Assembly (NCBI RefSeq): GCF_009914755.1
Contig: NC_060935.1
Source: the human T2T-CHM13v2.0 reference genome, Homo sapiens
Direction: 5' to 3' (one strand)
DNA length: 64,000 nt
Shown: in pieces, positions 1-12,928 of the stretch
Numbering within the stretch: the stretch's first letter is position 1
Layout of the letters: the number at the start of each line of letters is the position of its first letter
The notes under the pieces: generated by a model
Database searches by the model: none
What the model saw: only the letters and a program-made list of their open reading frames with translations
What the model was told of the DNA's origin: nothing
Position numbers and translations under genes: made by a program

Positions 1-202
1 TGGTGAAACCCATGTCTACTAAAAAATACAAAAATTAGCTGTGCATGGTGGCATATGCCTGTAGTCTCAGCTACTAGGGAGGCTGAGGCATGAGAATTGC
101 TTGAACCTGAGAGGTGGAGGTTGCAACGAGCTGAGGTTGCACCACGGCACTCCAGCCTGGGCAACAGAGCAAGACTCTGTCTCAAAAAAATATAAATAAA
201 AA
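1..202 (+). mobile_element. Alu (AluS/J-like), cut by window start
   Basis: TGGTGAAACCC...TACTAAAAAATACAAAAATTAG linker, right monomer and A-rich tail. Confidence 0.95.
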
Positions 203-323
203 GAGTATTTTGTTGAAAAACAGGAACAAAAACCCTAATATCATTAATTGCTAACAACACTTGCAGGCAGATACAAAGAAATGAACTCACTGAAATACAC
301 TCTCAAACATACAGAGCACTCAC

Positions 324-545
324 CACACAACCCCTTTGTGTATTGAGACATTATATACACAAATTCTTAGCTATTGCAGTCACTGATCAATCTATTCCAG
401 ATATTCTCCAAGTTTGTACAGTAATTACAACTGGATCTCTTAATTTGAGACTAGACTTCTTCAATCGTCTCTGTTTTTTGAGGTTTTCAACAACTTCACC
501 AAGTATAAAAACCCGGCAATATCTCTTCCATTATAGATTTGATTC
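324..545 (-). ncRNA. Candidate 222-nt non-coding internal exon of a minus-strand transcript (lncRNA or 5'UTR)
   Basis: Minus-strand acceptor CTTCCTTTTACAG|GAATC at 546/545 and donor GTG|GTGAGT at 324/323; unique sequence; stops in all three frames. Confidence 0.55.
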
Positions 546-941
546 CTGTAAAAGGAAGTAATTTGATAGCCAAGGCTGGCTGTCTCTCTTGCTCTTTTTC
601 TCTCTTTATCTTTTTCCCTGCAGTGCTCAGCACACTATCTACACTTCTATCTTCTTTCTTTGAAAGAAGAAATTGCTTTTCTTCACCATTCAATTGCAAA
701 AAAAAAAGAGAGACCATAGACCCATAGTGTGTATCCATATCAACAGTATGACACAAGTCCATATTTTGCCATCAGAAAAGCTTAATTTCCTTTACAATAA
801 AGACTTATTTCTTCTTACGTGAACCGTCTAAGACTTCCAGTGGCTAAGTGCTGGTGAATCTAAAAACAATGGCATCCCAAGCAACCCTCTCTAACACAAG
901 ACATTTTAAAACTTCCTTCTTTCTTTTTATAGGTATATTAT

Positions 942-983
942 CAGCCTGGGTGACAGAGCAAAACCCTATCTCAAAAAAAAAAA
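942..983 (+). mobile_element. Very short 5'-truncated Alu 3' end
   Basis: CAGCCTGGGTGACAGAGCAAAACCCTATCTC followed by an A run. Confidence 0.8.
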
Positions 984-1494
984 GCATATTCATTTTGAGC
1001 TTCAAATCCCAGTTAATGCAATCATTATAAATACATTTATGTCAAACCTGATGAAATCTGAAAATAAAATACAATTAAACAGAGCATAGCAGAAATTTAC
1101 ATCACAGTGTGAGATAATTTTACCCTAAGTACTTGCACTTGAGGTCAAAGTCATTTAGGCGTCTGTTCCTAGTGTTCCTATAGTTTCCTGAAATTGACAG
1201 CGATTGGAGAGCACAGTAACATGCTATCTGTTGACTATCTACAGCATTACCTCATCTAAAAACATTCAACATAACCATGCCCAGACTTGAAAGATCTGGC
1301 TGCCTGAACTCTTTCACAGCTCCTCCTTGGAAACTCATAAGTGACCTAAAGTCAAATTTGACCTAAAGTCAAATTTTACACCAAACAGGCTTTTCTTTTC
1401 GTTCTTTGTGTTTAGTTGTTTTTTGTTGGTCTGTTTTTCCTATTTGAAAATTAAGGAAATTGAACCAAAGACCCACAAGTTCTCTTCTAGCAAG

Positions 1495-1655
1495 ACCAGA
1501 GTACTAGGTTTGAATCTACCCTGCCACTTGGGACGTGAGTGGCATAGGCAAGTTAGTTGAGCCACCACGGCTCACTTTTTTCATTTGTAACATTCTCATC
1601 CCAGGGTGGTTGTGAACATTAGGGAAAACATGCATAACAGGCTTAGTGCTGTGCC
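1495..1655 (+). mobile_element. MIR SINE fragment
   Basis: GGTTTGAATC...GGCAAGTTA...TCATTTGTAA...CAGGGTGGTTGTGA MIR core-like motifs. Confidence 0.6.
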
Positions 1656-2440
1656 AATTCTTTGCTACTCCCATGGAGACCTGGAGGACAACTCCCCTCC
1701 CCCTGAATATGGTCTGGCCTTAATGATTTGCCTGAATGATAGACCTCTGAGGCCAGGTCATAAGAAGCCTTTTAGACTCAACCTGGGCTTCTGAGAAGAG
1801 TAACTCTGGAAACCCCAAATGGCAGATTCATAAGCAAAATAAATGATTGTCATTATTTCAAGTCACTGAATTTTGGGGTGGTTTATTATATAGCAAGAGA
1901 TAACAAGAGCACCCACGTAAGATCCTCAAGGGAGAGGCAGCTACTAATTCATCTTTATATTCCCCAGGAGTGTCAAATCCAGACAGGTGTCTGTTTACTC
2001 TTCATTGCCAAAGAAATGTTTTGCCTGTCAGCAGACAGTAGCTGAAAACTCAGTTTTGCACTTACCCAAGGTGGTGCTGAGCTGAATGAAGCCTTCCTAA
2101 TGCTGCATTGATTGGCCTCCCATTTGAAGCGATGCCCTTCTTATCTTTAGCTAGAATTCTGCAAGCTCCCTGAAGAGCCACAGGGACACAAATAATCCCA
2201 CTGAAAAAACCTCACGGAAACTCCTGGCAGGATTAAAACATCAAGAGAACACACAAGGAGAGCACTCACCTTAATGGAATTTGCCTACGCAAGAATGACG
2301 CACTTGGGAACTAAAAAATGAACCTTTATAGTCAATGAGTTTTGCAGCATACCTAATATTTCTTGCCAAATCACTAGTAGACTGAAGCACAGCAAATTCC
2401 ATTTAATTGCCTTGATAAAATACAGATAGGCTAACAGCAC

Positions 2441-2518
2441 CAGTGATCTTGGGGCTACAGGCAGAGATCTTGGGGCTACAAGAGATCTTGGGGCTACCAG
2501 AGATCTTGGGGCTACAGG
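2441..2518. repeat. Minisatellite, 4 copies of an ~18-21 bp unit AGAGATCTTGGGGCTAC
   Basis: GATCTTGGGGCTAC read four times in tandem. Confidence 0.95.
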
Positions 2519-5500
2519 CTGCCCCAGCATCACTTGGGCTTGCTAGGAGAGTTTACTCTTCCCCAAGAGCTCCGATGGGACACTAGGCACTTTGAATGGA
2601 TATACTGTTTGTGGTTTTCTTTAACTTTTTGAAAAAATTTTTCCAAAGAGCTCACTAAAAATACACTCTGAGGACTGAAGAGGAGAGAAAACTTTTAGAG
2701 AAAATGATGGCACCTTTCTGTATGAGATATTTACCAAAGAAAAACATAGGGCAAGGATACTTTGTGTGAACACCATGTCTTCCATACAGTCACATTTCCC
2801 AGACTTTTAAATCAGGTTTCACAATGTGAATTTACATGAAATTCCAGGCCTCCAATTATGCACAGTGGCATGTCAGCACATCAGTCTTTAAGAGCTGGAA
2901 GAAAAAAAGTGACACCGAAACTCATCTCCTCCTCCGTTTAGAATCATCATAAATGATGTTCCCAGTGAGAATATACTGGATTTTTAAAAAAATAATAATT
3001 AGGTTAAATGCTTTCAAACTAGATTTTATAGAATGTATCCTAAAATCCTTTATAGAATGTAACCTTAAAGATCCTTTTTTTTTTTTTTTTTAACGAGAGC
3101 TATTCTTTGAAGGAACTCCACAGAGGAAGCCCCATTTGCAAAATTGTGAAATGCAGAGATGCTCTTTGTTGGATGGTAGTTTGCAGTAACCCTTGAAATA
3201 TCTGGCAGTACAAGAAACAACAGATCTATGCCCACAATCTCATTTTACAAATTAGGAAACTAAGGCCTAGAGAAGTTTCATGTAAGCCCAAAGCCACACA
3301 GCTAAGTCAGTGGCATTGCCAAGACTAGAACCCAGGACTCCTTAATCCCAGGTGAGGCTCTGCAGTCTGCAGGCTCACTCCTAGTAAGTTCAGACTGGTC
3401 ACATAGCGTGCGGACATTGGCAGGTGGCATAGTATGAGAGCAGTGGTTCATCACCTTCAGGGCAGGCAGGCAGCTGCCACAATCCTGAGGCTGGCACCCC
3501 ATACACACAGCAGGCCACCCTCGACCAGCCAGCTGAGACTTACCTAAAGGGAAATGTGCAGCATCACCAGCCAATAAGCATCACCTAGAGACATGGCTGT
3601 CTTAACGTGAGACAGAGAAAATGGACACCTTCTAGCTTTAAAAGGCCTGTTTCATACTTCTCTCCCGAATCTTATTCCCTGGAGTCTAGACTCTATCATA
3701 CTAGGTTCCCTGCTTGAGAATAAACTTTTCCACTAAGCACTTAATCTTTGGCCTTGTAGTATGTTATTTCTCTTTAACACTACCCTACACAATGCCATAT
3801 GGATATGAATGCACAGCCTAGCTGAATTGAAGCAAGCACTGATAAGATACTCAGTGGATTCAGGCAGAGTAGGTCCCAATTTTCTTGAAGAAAAATGTTA
3901 AATTATTTAGAAAACTGCCTTTAATTTCACATCAAATTTTCTGTACAGATATGCCACTAATGTATTCTTAGTCATAATACGCAGTCAGAAATGAAAACTC
4001 AGATTTCTTGAGTTGGAAACTAAGGAAATTTAAACAAAAAATAAAACAGATATGGACCACACCACCCAAATCTCATCTTCCTCTTTCTTCCTGGGTTTGA
4101 TTAATGACTTTCTGGTGCCAGTTGACTAGAACATTAAGCCTCACCAGTCCAAACATTTGAGTAATTCTGGAGTTTTCAGCTAAATTTCTCAGAACAAGCC
4201 AAGCATCCACCCACTATACTCCAGACATGACTTCAGAACAGTATTTTTTTCCGTTCCCAGTCTTTAAAACAGCCTGATGCTGATTATAGTAGCTTCCACC
4301 CACCATTTAAATGACTGGGTAGTATTACAGAAGATTTATCAAATCAGAAACATATTTAGTAATTTAAGGCTTGCTTGGGACTATAAAATAGAAGGAAATG
4401 TAAAGACCAATGTATTTGGGTAGATATAATTTTTATGAACAGGAAATTTTAAAAAGAAGCTTGAAATGAGGTTTAACTGAACAGAACTGCCCCCACCACT
4501 GCCCCGATCTTTACCTTACATTACTACTTAGTTTAACAATGTGATTAAAAAGGGAGACTCTGAAATTGAACAATTTGAGTTCAAATTCTCACTCTACCCC
4601 TTAATACTTACATAACCTTGGATAAATTAAACCTCTCCATATCGCATAGGATGGAGATGAGGATTAAGATGAGTTAATAACAGTGTCTGGCTCAGAGTAA
4701 AATCAAAATAACTATTAGCTATTAACTATTTTTTTCATAGGTTTGTTGTATCTTAGGGTGGTTATGAGGATTAAATGGCATTATTATGTAAATCACAGTA
4801 CACGATACAAAGGCTTAACAGATGTTTCTTCTTCCTCTTCTGATTATAATTATTATTATAAAATAATAGAAAATTACAACTGAAAGGAATTTTAAAAACT
4901 TAACCAGATCAAAACTCTCATTTTAAATATGAGAAAACTAAAGCTGAGAGAAGGGAAGAAATGGTCCATGGTTACTCAATCAGTACATCACGAAGCTAGG
5001 ATTTCATTCATTCATTCATTTATTCATTCATTCATATATTCAACAAGTATTACTGAACAGTAACCAGCCAAGTCAGTCAGCCCAGTTTTAGTTACAGGAT
5101 ATAGTGAGGAACACGATGACAAAGTTTGTGGGATTTGAATATTGGTCTTAGTCCAGTGCACTTTCCACTACGGTGCTTGTAGTATGAAGCTGAAATAGAC
5201 CAAGAATTGACTTGATATCAACAAAAAAAAAATATGCCTTTAACTAGCTTTATCTTCTTGGATAGACAACTTTAGCTCTATGTGCCTTGATTACTTCAAA
5301 GGTAAAATGAGAAGGATGTTTTAAGGGCCCTCTCAGATATGTTATACAATTGTTCTACCTATGCTTTTGTCTCTTAATCGCTTATCTAATTCTTGATCCA
5401 CTAGAACACACACTGTACTCACCAAAGATCTCATCTCTGAGAGAGAATGAATTTAACACCTGCTGACAATCTAACAGATAGGGACAAACCAAGTTTCTAT

Positions 5501-6004
5501 TTCTATAGTTAGATAAGTTCAGATGGTAAGAAAATATAATAACCCCTCCCGTTTATGAAGCAAACAAGACGACTTCCTATGTTCTGAGATACTTCACTAA
5601 TTGTCAACCACTTGACTCACGCAGTGAAGCTGCTTCAGGGAGAGGTCTATAAACCCAGCTAATTAATTGGAAGGAGGCTGATGAGAGCACATACCTTATA
5701 GTGTTCAAGAGAAACAGTAAATACTGAGTAACACAACTTTTCAGACACTTCTGTTTTAAAACTATTTGATACTTCCCTGAGAAAAAGGCAATACTACTTT
5801 CAGACAGGTCTGGAATCTTGAAAACCAATGTGTGTATTAGTATTTGACCTCTTGTAGAGCTTCGAGATAAAACTTTTATGACTCTTATTTACTTGTGATA
5901 TTTTAGAGATAACTTTAAACCAAAGAAAAACAATTTCACTCTAATTTTCAAATTTCTATAGTTAATAGGATGGATGTGGTATTTTATTTAGGTATGATGA
6001 TCAT

Positions 6005-6541
6005 CTGTGGTAGGCAGTTTTCAAATATGGCATTTAAAGACCCCCACTGGTATTCACGCCATGTGTAATCCCCTCCCCTTAAGTGTTGGAAAGAGCTAAT
6101 GACATGTGTCTACTAAATAGAATACAGCAAAAATGACAGAATGTGCTCTCTTGATCAGATTACAAGAGACAGTGACTTATGTCTTGCTAGACTCTGTCAA
6201 CTTCTTAGTCTCCATCCTTTAATGAAACAACATGCCATGCAGAAGAAACTCACATGGCAAGAAACCGAGGGTGGTCTGACAACAACATCCAGTGAGGAAC
6301 TGAGACCCTCAATCTGACAGCCCATGAGAAACTAAATCCTATCAAGAGCAATGTGAGCTTGGAAGCTGAGCTTCCCAAGTTAATCCTGGAGGTGACTACA
6401 GCCCAGCCATCATCTTGATAGCAGCCTGGAGAGGCCTTAAAGTAGAAGACCAGCTAAGATGTGCCACAGTAATACATGTGTGTTATTTTAAACCACTATG
6501 TTTTAGGGGAATTTAAAATGCCAGAATAGATACCTAATACA
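6005..6541 (+). mobile_element. MaLR solo LTR (MLT1G/H-like)
   Basis: TGTGGTAGGCAG start, TGTAATCCCCTCCCCTT motif, AAACCACTATGTTTT...AATAGATACCTAATACA end. Confidence 0.7.
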
Positions 6542-6552
6542 TCATCCTAGAC

Positions 6553-6553
<1 letters not shown>

Positions 6554-6598
<45 letters not shown>

Positions 6599-6617
6599 CT
6601 CTCTCTCTCTCTCTCTA
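6554..6617. repeat. Compound (CA)n(CT)n microsatellite
   Basis: Read directly from sequence. Confidence 0.97.
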
Positions 6618-6793
6618 CTTGTACACATTTTAAAAACTCAATCAATCCTAGTCATCTATAGGTAGTAAGACTCTTCATATATGGGCTCAGCACTGACTAT
6701 TTTTTAAGATCAAGATTAGATCGGATCAAGGCAATAATATATTGGTAGTTTTACATCCTTCTCTTCTAACGAAACTGATCTAAACTGATTGGG

Positions 6794-7112
6794 GTTTTTT
6801 TCTTTTTCTTTCTTTTTTTTTTTTAAGAGATGGGGCAGCAGGTGCGGGAGTCTCGCTTTGTTGCCCAGGCTGGAATGTAGTGGCATGATCATAGCTCATG
6901 CAGCCTTGACCTCCTGGGCTCAACTGATCCTCCCACCTTAGCCTCCTGAGTAGCTGGGACTATAGCCACACCTGTCTAATATTTTTATTTTTTTATAGAG
7001 ACAGGATCTCACTATATTGGCCAGCCTGGTCTCAAATTTCTAGTCTCAAGCAATCCCCCTGCCTCAGCCTCCTGAGTAGCTGGGATTACAAGTGCGAGCT
7101 ACTGCTTCAGGC
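6794..7112 (-). mobile_element. AluJ-like
   Basis: T-tract followed by antisense Alu dimer; flanking AAACTGATT direct repeats. Confidence 0.9.
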
Positions 7113-9050
7113 TAAAACTGATTTCTCTATAACCTTGGTCTCATATCCAGAGTGAGCCCCAGACATTAGTTTTTCTGGGCTTTTCTCTTACTGCTGACTT
7201 TGTGTAATCCCTGAAACAAGAATCATTTGCTTGTTATTTGGCTTCCAAAATAGCTGAAGATTTGTATTAAATGCTGGCTACTTGGTTATGCCTAATCTTT
7301 GCCTAACCCCTCTCTTAGAGAACTAGAACTGGAATCTCTAATTCTAGCTACTATGTGAAAACCTGAGCCAATCATGTATCTATCTATAATCAGAAGACTG
7401 ATGCCTATCTAATATTGAGGATAGAAAAGAGAATCAAAAATATATATTTTTTTTTACCCTTGGAAGGGATTTTAGTAATTATTTTGACCTTCCAAAAGAC
7501 CACCAAAAAATCTACAGAACAAGCAAATCTAAGTTTACTGGAACTACTATAGTAAGAGAGACAAGATGTGTCTCAAATGGAGTAATTCAGGGAACATACT
7601 TACGGGGTTAAAGGGTCTGGATTGCATGGTTTTAAAGTAGGTCTTATAAGGCGTGAAACTGGTTGAAATTGGGTGAAGTTTATGACACAGGAGCTTTGCA
7701 GTGGTGGGCATGATAAGTCAATGACCTTAAAATGAGCCTTGATAAACATCTTGTTAGGTTTTTTTTAGGTGAAACTCACATAACATAGAATTTACCATTT
7801 TACAGTAAACAACTCAGTGGCAACTAGTACATTCACAGTGTTGAACAACCACCACCTCTATCAAATTCCAAAACTAATAGGAAAAGCCTTACCCACAGCA
7901 ACTACTTCTCATTCCCATAGCCTCTGGGGTTTTATGTATTCTGGATATTTCCTATGAATGGAATCATGCAATATGTGACCCTTTGTGTTCGGTGCCACCT
8001 ATTAGTTTTGATAAATAAACCCTTTTAGTTGGTCAACAGTCTGATAATCCCAGAGGCAATATTACCTAGCTAAGTTATTTCTTTGCTGGTCCCACTGTTG
8101 TTTAGCACAAAAATGGGAAGATATGCTTAATCACAGACTTATTTAGCATGGGAACAGGAAAGCATATTTGTTTTATTTCTAAGTTCCCAATTTTTGTCAT
8201 TCTTCATGTTTATGGAATGATGAATTCAGATCTGCAAAGGTGTTAGATGGAGTTTCGATGGTAGTTAGTCCAACTCTCAGCATTTCTTTTGTTGTTGTTG
8301 TTGTTTGGGAATATAATTTCTTGGATCATTTGACTGGTGTACAGTAGCATTTAAGACTCTAGAAACCAAACATCTGAGCACTGCAAGATGAACAAATTCT
8401 AAGAGAAGGCACTATGATCTGAATGCCTCTCCAAAACTCATGTTGAAATTTAATTGCTTTTATGATGGTGTAAGAGTACGGACCATTCAGAGGGGTTTAG
8501 GCCATGAGGGCCCTTAAAAATGAATTAATGTTGTTATTGCAGGAGTGGGTTTGCTATCATGAGAGTGGATTGTTATAAAACAAAGCTTGGCCCTCTTCTC
8601 TTGTGCTCTCTTGCCCTTCTACCTTTCACCACAGGATGCCATAGCAAGAAGGTCCTCACCAGATGTAGCCCCTTCATCTTGGACTTCCAAGCCTCCAGAA
8701 CTGTGAGCAAAATCAAAGTTTTTTCTTTATAAATTATCCAGTCTCAGGTATCCCGTTATAGCAGCAGGAAACAGACTAAGAAAATACTGAGAAGTGGATA
8801 TCGTGAAGTGGGGCTGTTGCGATAACAAATAACTGAAAATGTGGAAGCAGCTTTGGAACTGGTTAATGGATAGAGGTTGAAAGAATTTGGAGGAGCAGGT
8901 TAGAAAAAGTCTAAACTGAGCATTCAGGGCAATCCTGGTGAGGGCTCAGAAGAAGAGAATAGCTATAGGAAAAATCTGAATCTAGTTGGAGATTACCTAA
9001 GTAGTTGTGATCAGAACATTCATAGAAACATGGCCACTAACAGCCATTCT

Positions 9051-9133
9051 TTTTTATTATTATTATTATACTTTAAGTTTTAGGGTACATGTGCACAACG
9101 TGCAGGTTTGTTACATATGGGTGCAGCACACCA
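9051..9133 (-). mobile_element. 83-bp L1PA 3'-end insertion with internal inversion
   Basis: Antisense L1PA terminus TTATACTTTAAGTTTTAGGGTACATGTGCAC...; perfect 15-bp TSD ACTAACAGCCATTCT at 9036-9050 and 9134-9148. Confidence 0.9.
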
Positions 9134-9440
9134 ACTAACAGCCATTCTGATGAGGACCTAAACACAAGTAAGAAACATCTCATTGGAAACTGGAGTAACG
9201 GCCACCCTTATAATAAATTGGTAAAGAACTTGGTTGAATTGTGTTCATGCACTCCCATGTGTTTATGGGAGGCAAAATTTAAGAACAATGAATGAGGGTA
9301 TCTGGCAGAAGAAATTTCTTAGCAAAATATCTAAGGAACTGAGTAGCTACTTTTAGCCACATGCAGTAAGATGCAAGGTGAAACATATGTATTAAAGATG
9401 GAATTTATAATTAAAAGAGAACCAGAACAAAAAGATTTTG

Positions 9441-9740
9441 AGCCAACCACAGTGGCTCACACCTGTGATCCCAGCATTTTGGGAGGCCGAGGTGGGAGAA
9501 TCACTTGAGCCCAGGAGTTTGAGACCAGCCTGGGCAACAGAGTGAGACCCCATCTTTAAGAAAAAATAAAAAGAATTAGCCGAGCATGGTGGTACACATC
9601 TATAATCGCAGCTACTCAGGGGCTGAAGTGGGAGTATTGAGTGCAGGAGGATGAGGCTGCAGTGATCCATGGTCACACTAATACACTCCAACCTGGGCGA
9701 CAGAGCAAGACCTGTTCTCAAAAAAAAATAAATAAATAAA
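9441..9740 (+). mobile_element. AluJ-like inside MST internal region
   Basis: Full dimer with A tail; near-TSD AAAGA(T/C)TTTGAG. Confidence 0.92.
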
Positions 9741-12641
9741 GACTTTGAGAATTTTTAGCCTATTTATGAAAATAAATAAAAGGCATGTTTAGGAGAGCAA
9801 ATGGTCACTTGTGGCCAAGTGACAATTTGTTAAAGAGATTGGTACAGATTAGAAGGAATTGAAGACAATGGAAGAATAACCCTGAAGGCATTTCAGAGAT
9901 CTACAGGGTTGCTTCTCCCATCACAGGCCCAGACCTCTAGGAGGGCAGAATGGTTTCAAGGGATGGGCCCAGGGTTTGCTGCTCGTGGTCACCTCAAGAT
10001 CCCTGCTCCCTGCATTTCAGCACAGTGTTCCTCAACCACCCAGCCCTGGCTCAAGCAGGCCCAAGAGTTGCTCAATCCACTGTTCCAGAAGGCATAAGCT
10101 GTAAACTTTGGCAGCATCCACATGGCACTAATCCTGCAGGCGCAGAGAATGCAAGAGCTGTGAGGGTACGGCTTCCTCCATCTAGACTTCAAAGGTTGTA
10201 ATAGACAGCCTGGGGGTCCAGGCAGAGACTTTCTACATGAGCAAATCCACTGCTGCAGAGAATCCTTACTAGGGCAATGCTGAATGGAAACAGGGTCAAA
10301 GCCACCACACAGTCCCCACTAGGGCAATGTCCAGTGGAGCCATGGGAGTAGGGCCACTCCCAAGACCCCAGAACTGTAGACTACCAGCTTGCAAGATCAG
10401 CCTGGGTGAGCTGCAAGCACAAGACTCCAACTTGTGAGAGCTGCTGGATGGAGCTCAGCAACGTCACAGGGGTGGGCTGCCTGAGACTATGGGGACCCAT
10501 CTCCTGATCCAGTGTATCCTGGAGGTGGGACATGGAGTCAAAGGAGATTATTTTGGAGCTTTAAGACTTAACGTTTTTCCTGTTGAGGTTTGGACTCGTG
10601 ACAAGTTACCCCTTTCTTCTTGCCTATTTTTCTATTTTTGGAATGGGAATCTCTAACCTAAGCCTGTCCCACCATTGTGTTTTGGAAGCATGTAACTCAG
10701 TTTGATTTCACAAGCTCATAGAGGGAGAGAAATTTGCCTTGGTTTGAATCCCACCTTGAGTCTCATCTATATCTGACTGAGACTGGGCTTTGAACTTTTG
10801 AGTTGACTTGGAACAAGTTAAGATTTTGGGGCTATTGGGATAAAATGAATGTATTTATAAGTGAGAAGGACATGAGTTTGGGGGGTCCAGGGGTGGAATG
10901 CTATTGCTTGAATGTTCCCTTCGAAACTCATGTTCAAATTTGTAACTGTGATGGTGTTAAGAGGTAATTAGGCCATGAGGGCTCCTCCCTCATGAATGAA
11001 TTAATGTTGTTGTTGTGAGAGTGGGTTCATTATCACAAGAGTAGGTTGTTATAAGAGAGTTCAGACTTCCCTTACTATCTCAAGCTCTCTTGCCCGTCTG
11101 CCTTCCACCATGGGATGACATAGCAAGAATACTTGCACCAGATGCAGCCCCTTGATCTTGGACTTCCAAGTCTCAAGAAGCATGAGCCAAGTGAATTTAT
11201 TTTCTTTACAAATTATCCAATCTCAAGTATTCCATTATAGCAGCAGAAATAGACTATGACAGAAGAAATTATACAATTAGTGTTTATAGTACACTTTCAA
11301 GCTAGAATCCTAGCATGCACAAATGAAATCAAGAAAATAGCTCCCAACCCCAATCCAAAAACACTAAAGAACCAGATATGGAGGAATTAGCCTATTTACA
11401 TAATTTCATGATTATGTGTGTGTGTCCTAGATCTTGTTAGTAATATTAAACACATTAGAGAAGTCTGAGGAGACATCCTCCTAGCACGCATTCTACAAGG
11501 AGACAGTGTTATATAGATCACAAACCACTATGTGCCAAATTTCATGAGCCTTTAGGGCAAGATGTCCTATGGTCCTGTTGACATTGTCTAGCTCTCCCAT
11601 TCTTTTCTGAACCATAGCATGTATGATTCTCCCACTTTGTGAGTCTCTTGTAAAACATGAAATAAAGGGGCTTAAAGACAAAAGAAGGCAGTTCAGAGTT
11701 CTACTTGAGTCGTTAAAGACTTTGAATGCTAAATGAGGCCCAGTTTTTCTCCTTCTTGAATTAAATTATTTAAAGATCTTTTTTTCTAAGAAAAGAAAGT
11801 TATGCTTCAAGACAGACTCTGGATGATATCAGGGGCTATCCTGAATGCAAACAACAGTTTAGGGAGAAAACAAATCTATGTCCAATTTGTGGGTAGTCAC
11901 CAATACACTTTTACACTACAAATTTAGTAACAGACATTAGGGGTCATCCAATGCCCTATTTTCAAGTAATATACTCCAATGAGGTTATCAAATGGTACAG
12001 GAATTTGCAATGTAGAGATTATCAGGTTAGGGCAAAGCAAAAGAATGTAGGGATGAGGGAATGCAGTGACCTTTATTTGTAAGGTCTGAAAAAAAGTGAA
12101 ATAGTCTCCAAATACACACTACCATTGCCTAAATCTTTCCCAAGCTCTATTTCTTAAAAACCTTGGTTATAAAGGCAAGCTCCTTTTCTAATACCCTTTC
12201 TTTTATAAGGTGAAGGAGTCAGTCTTTGTGCTACTTAGTGGTCATACCATGAAACCCAAAGATGAATTTTGTTTAAAATGTATCTTAACAGTTTGATTGC
12301 TTTGATTTGGTGATTTTTACCTTAGAAATGGGAAGTCAAGAAGAGGTATCAAAGGCAACAAAATAGAAATATGTCAGGATATTCAAAGACAAAAAAATAG
12401 TTATAAAGAAATTTTTTAACTCACAAAAAAAAGTAACAATGATTACTAAAAAACTTAATTTTTGTCAACAAAAAAGGGAACTTTCTGTCAAAGCAATTCA
12501 AAATATTCCAAAAGTTTCAGGATTTAGTAGAATATTTTTGTGACTGAAAAAAACCTCTGTTATCTAGACACAGAATAATTTGGTCTTTTTTTCTAAAGAA
12601 AGCCCAAATCCTCATTTTACACTTTATATATATATTATTAT

Positions 12642-12928
12642 TGCTATGAACTGGATGTCCATGTTTCCCTGAGATGCATATGTTTAAGCCCTAATTCCCA
12701 GGGTAATGGTATTTGGAGGTCTTTGGGACATAATTAGGTCATGAGAGTAGAATTCTCATGATTGGATTAGTGCCCTTATAAGAAGAGACATAAGACGGAT
12801 GATCTCTTTTAGATACATGGGAATACAGAGAGAAGAGGGCCGTCACCAGACACCGAAATAGGACTCCAGGACTATGAAGTCCCTCAGTCTATGATATTTT
12901 GCTATAGCAGCCCAAACAGACAGAGACA
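12642..12928 (+). mobile_element. MaLR LTR (MLT1A-like), internally deleted
   Basis: TGCTATG start, GGTATTTGGAGGT, TTAGTGCCCTTATAAGAAGAGAC, TATAGCAGCCCAAACAGAC end. Confidence 0.75.

Larger units (their letters stand above)
8410..11261 (+). mobile_element. Two-LTR MaLR provirus (MST family): LTR ~8410-8780, internal region, LTR ~10899-11261
   Basis: Two homologous LTRs (AAACTCATGTT...GGCCATGAGGG...TTATAGCAGCAG...AGACTA); MST/THE1-type internal sequence; 5-bp near-TSD GAAGG/GAAGA. Confidence 0.85.

Noticed and set aside
2441-2518. CRISPR-like direct repeats
   Set aside because: No unique spacers and eukaryotic context; simple minisatellite
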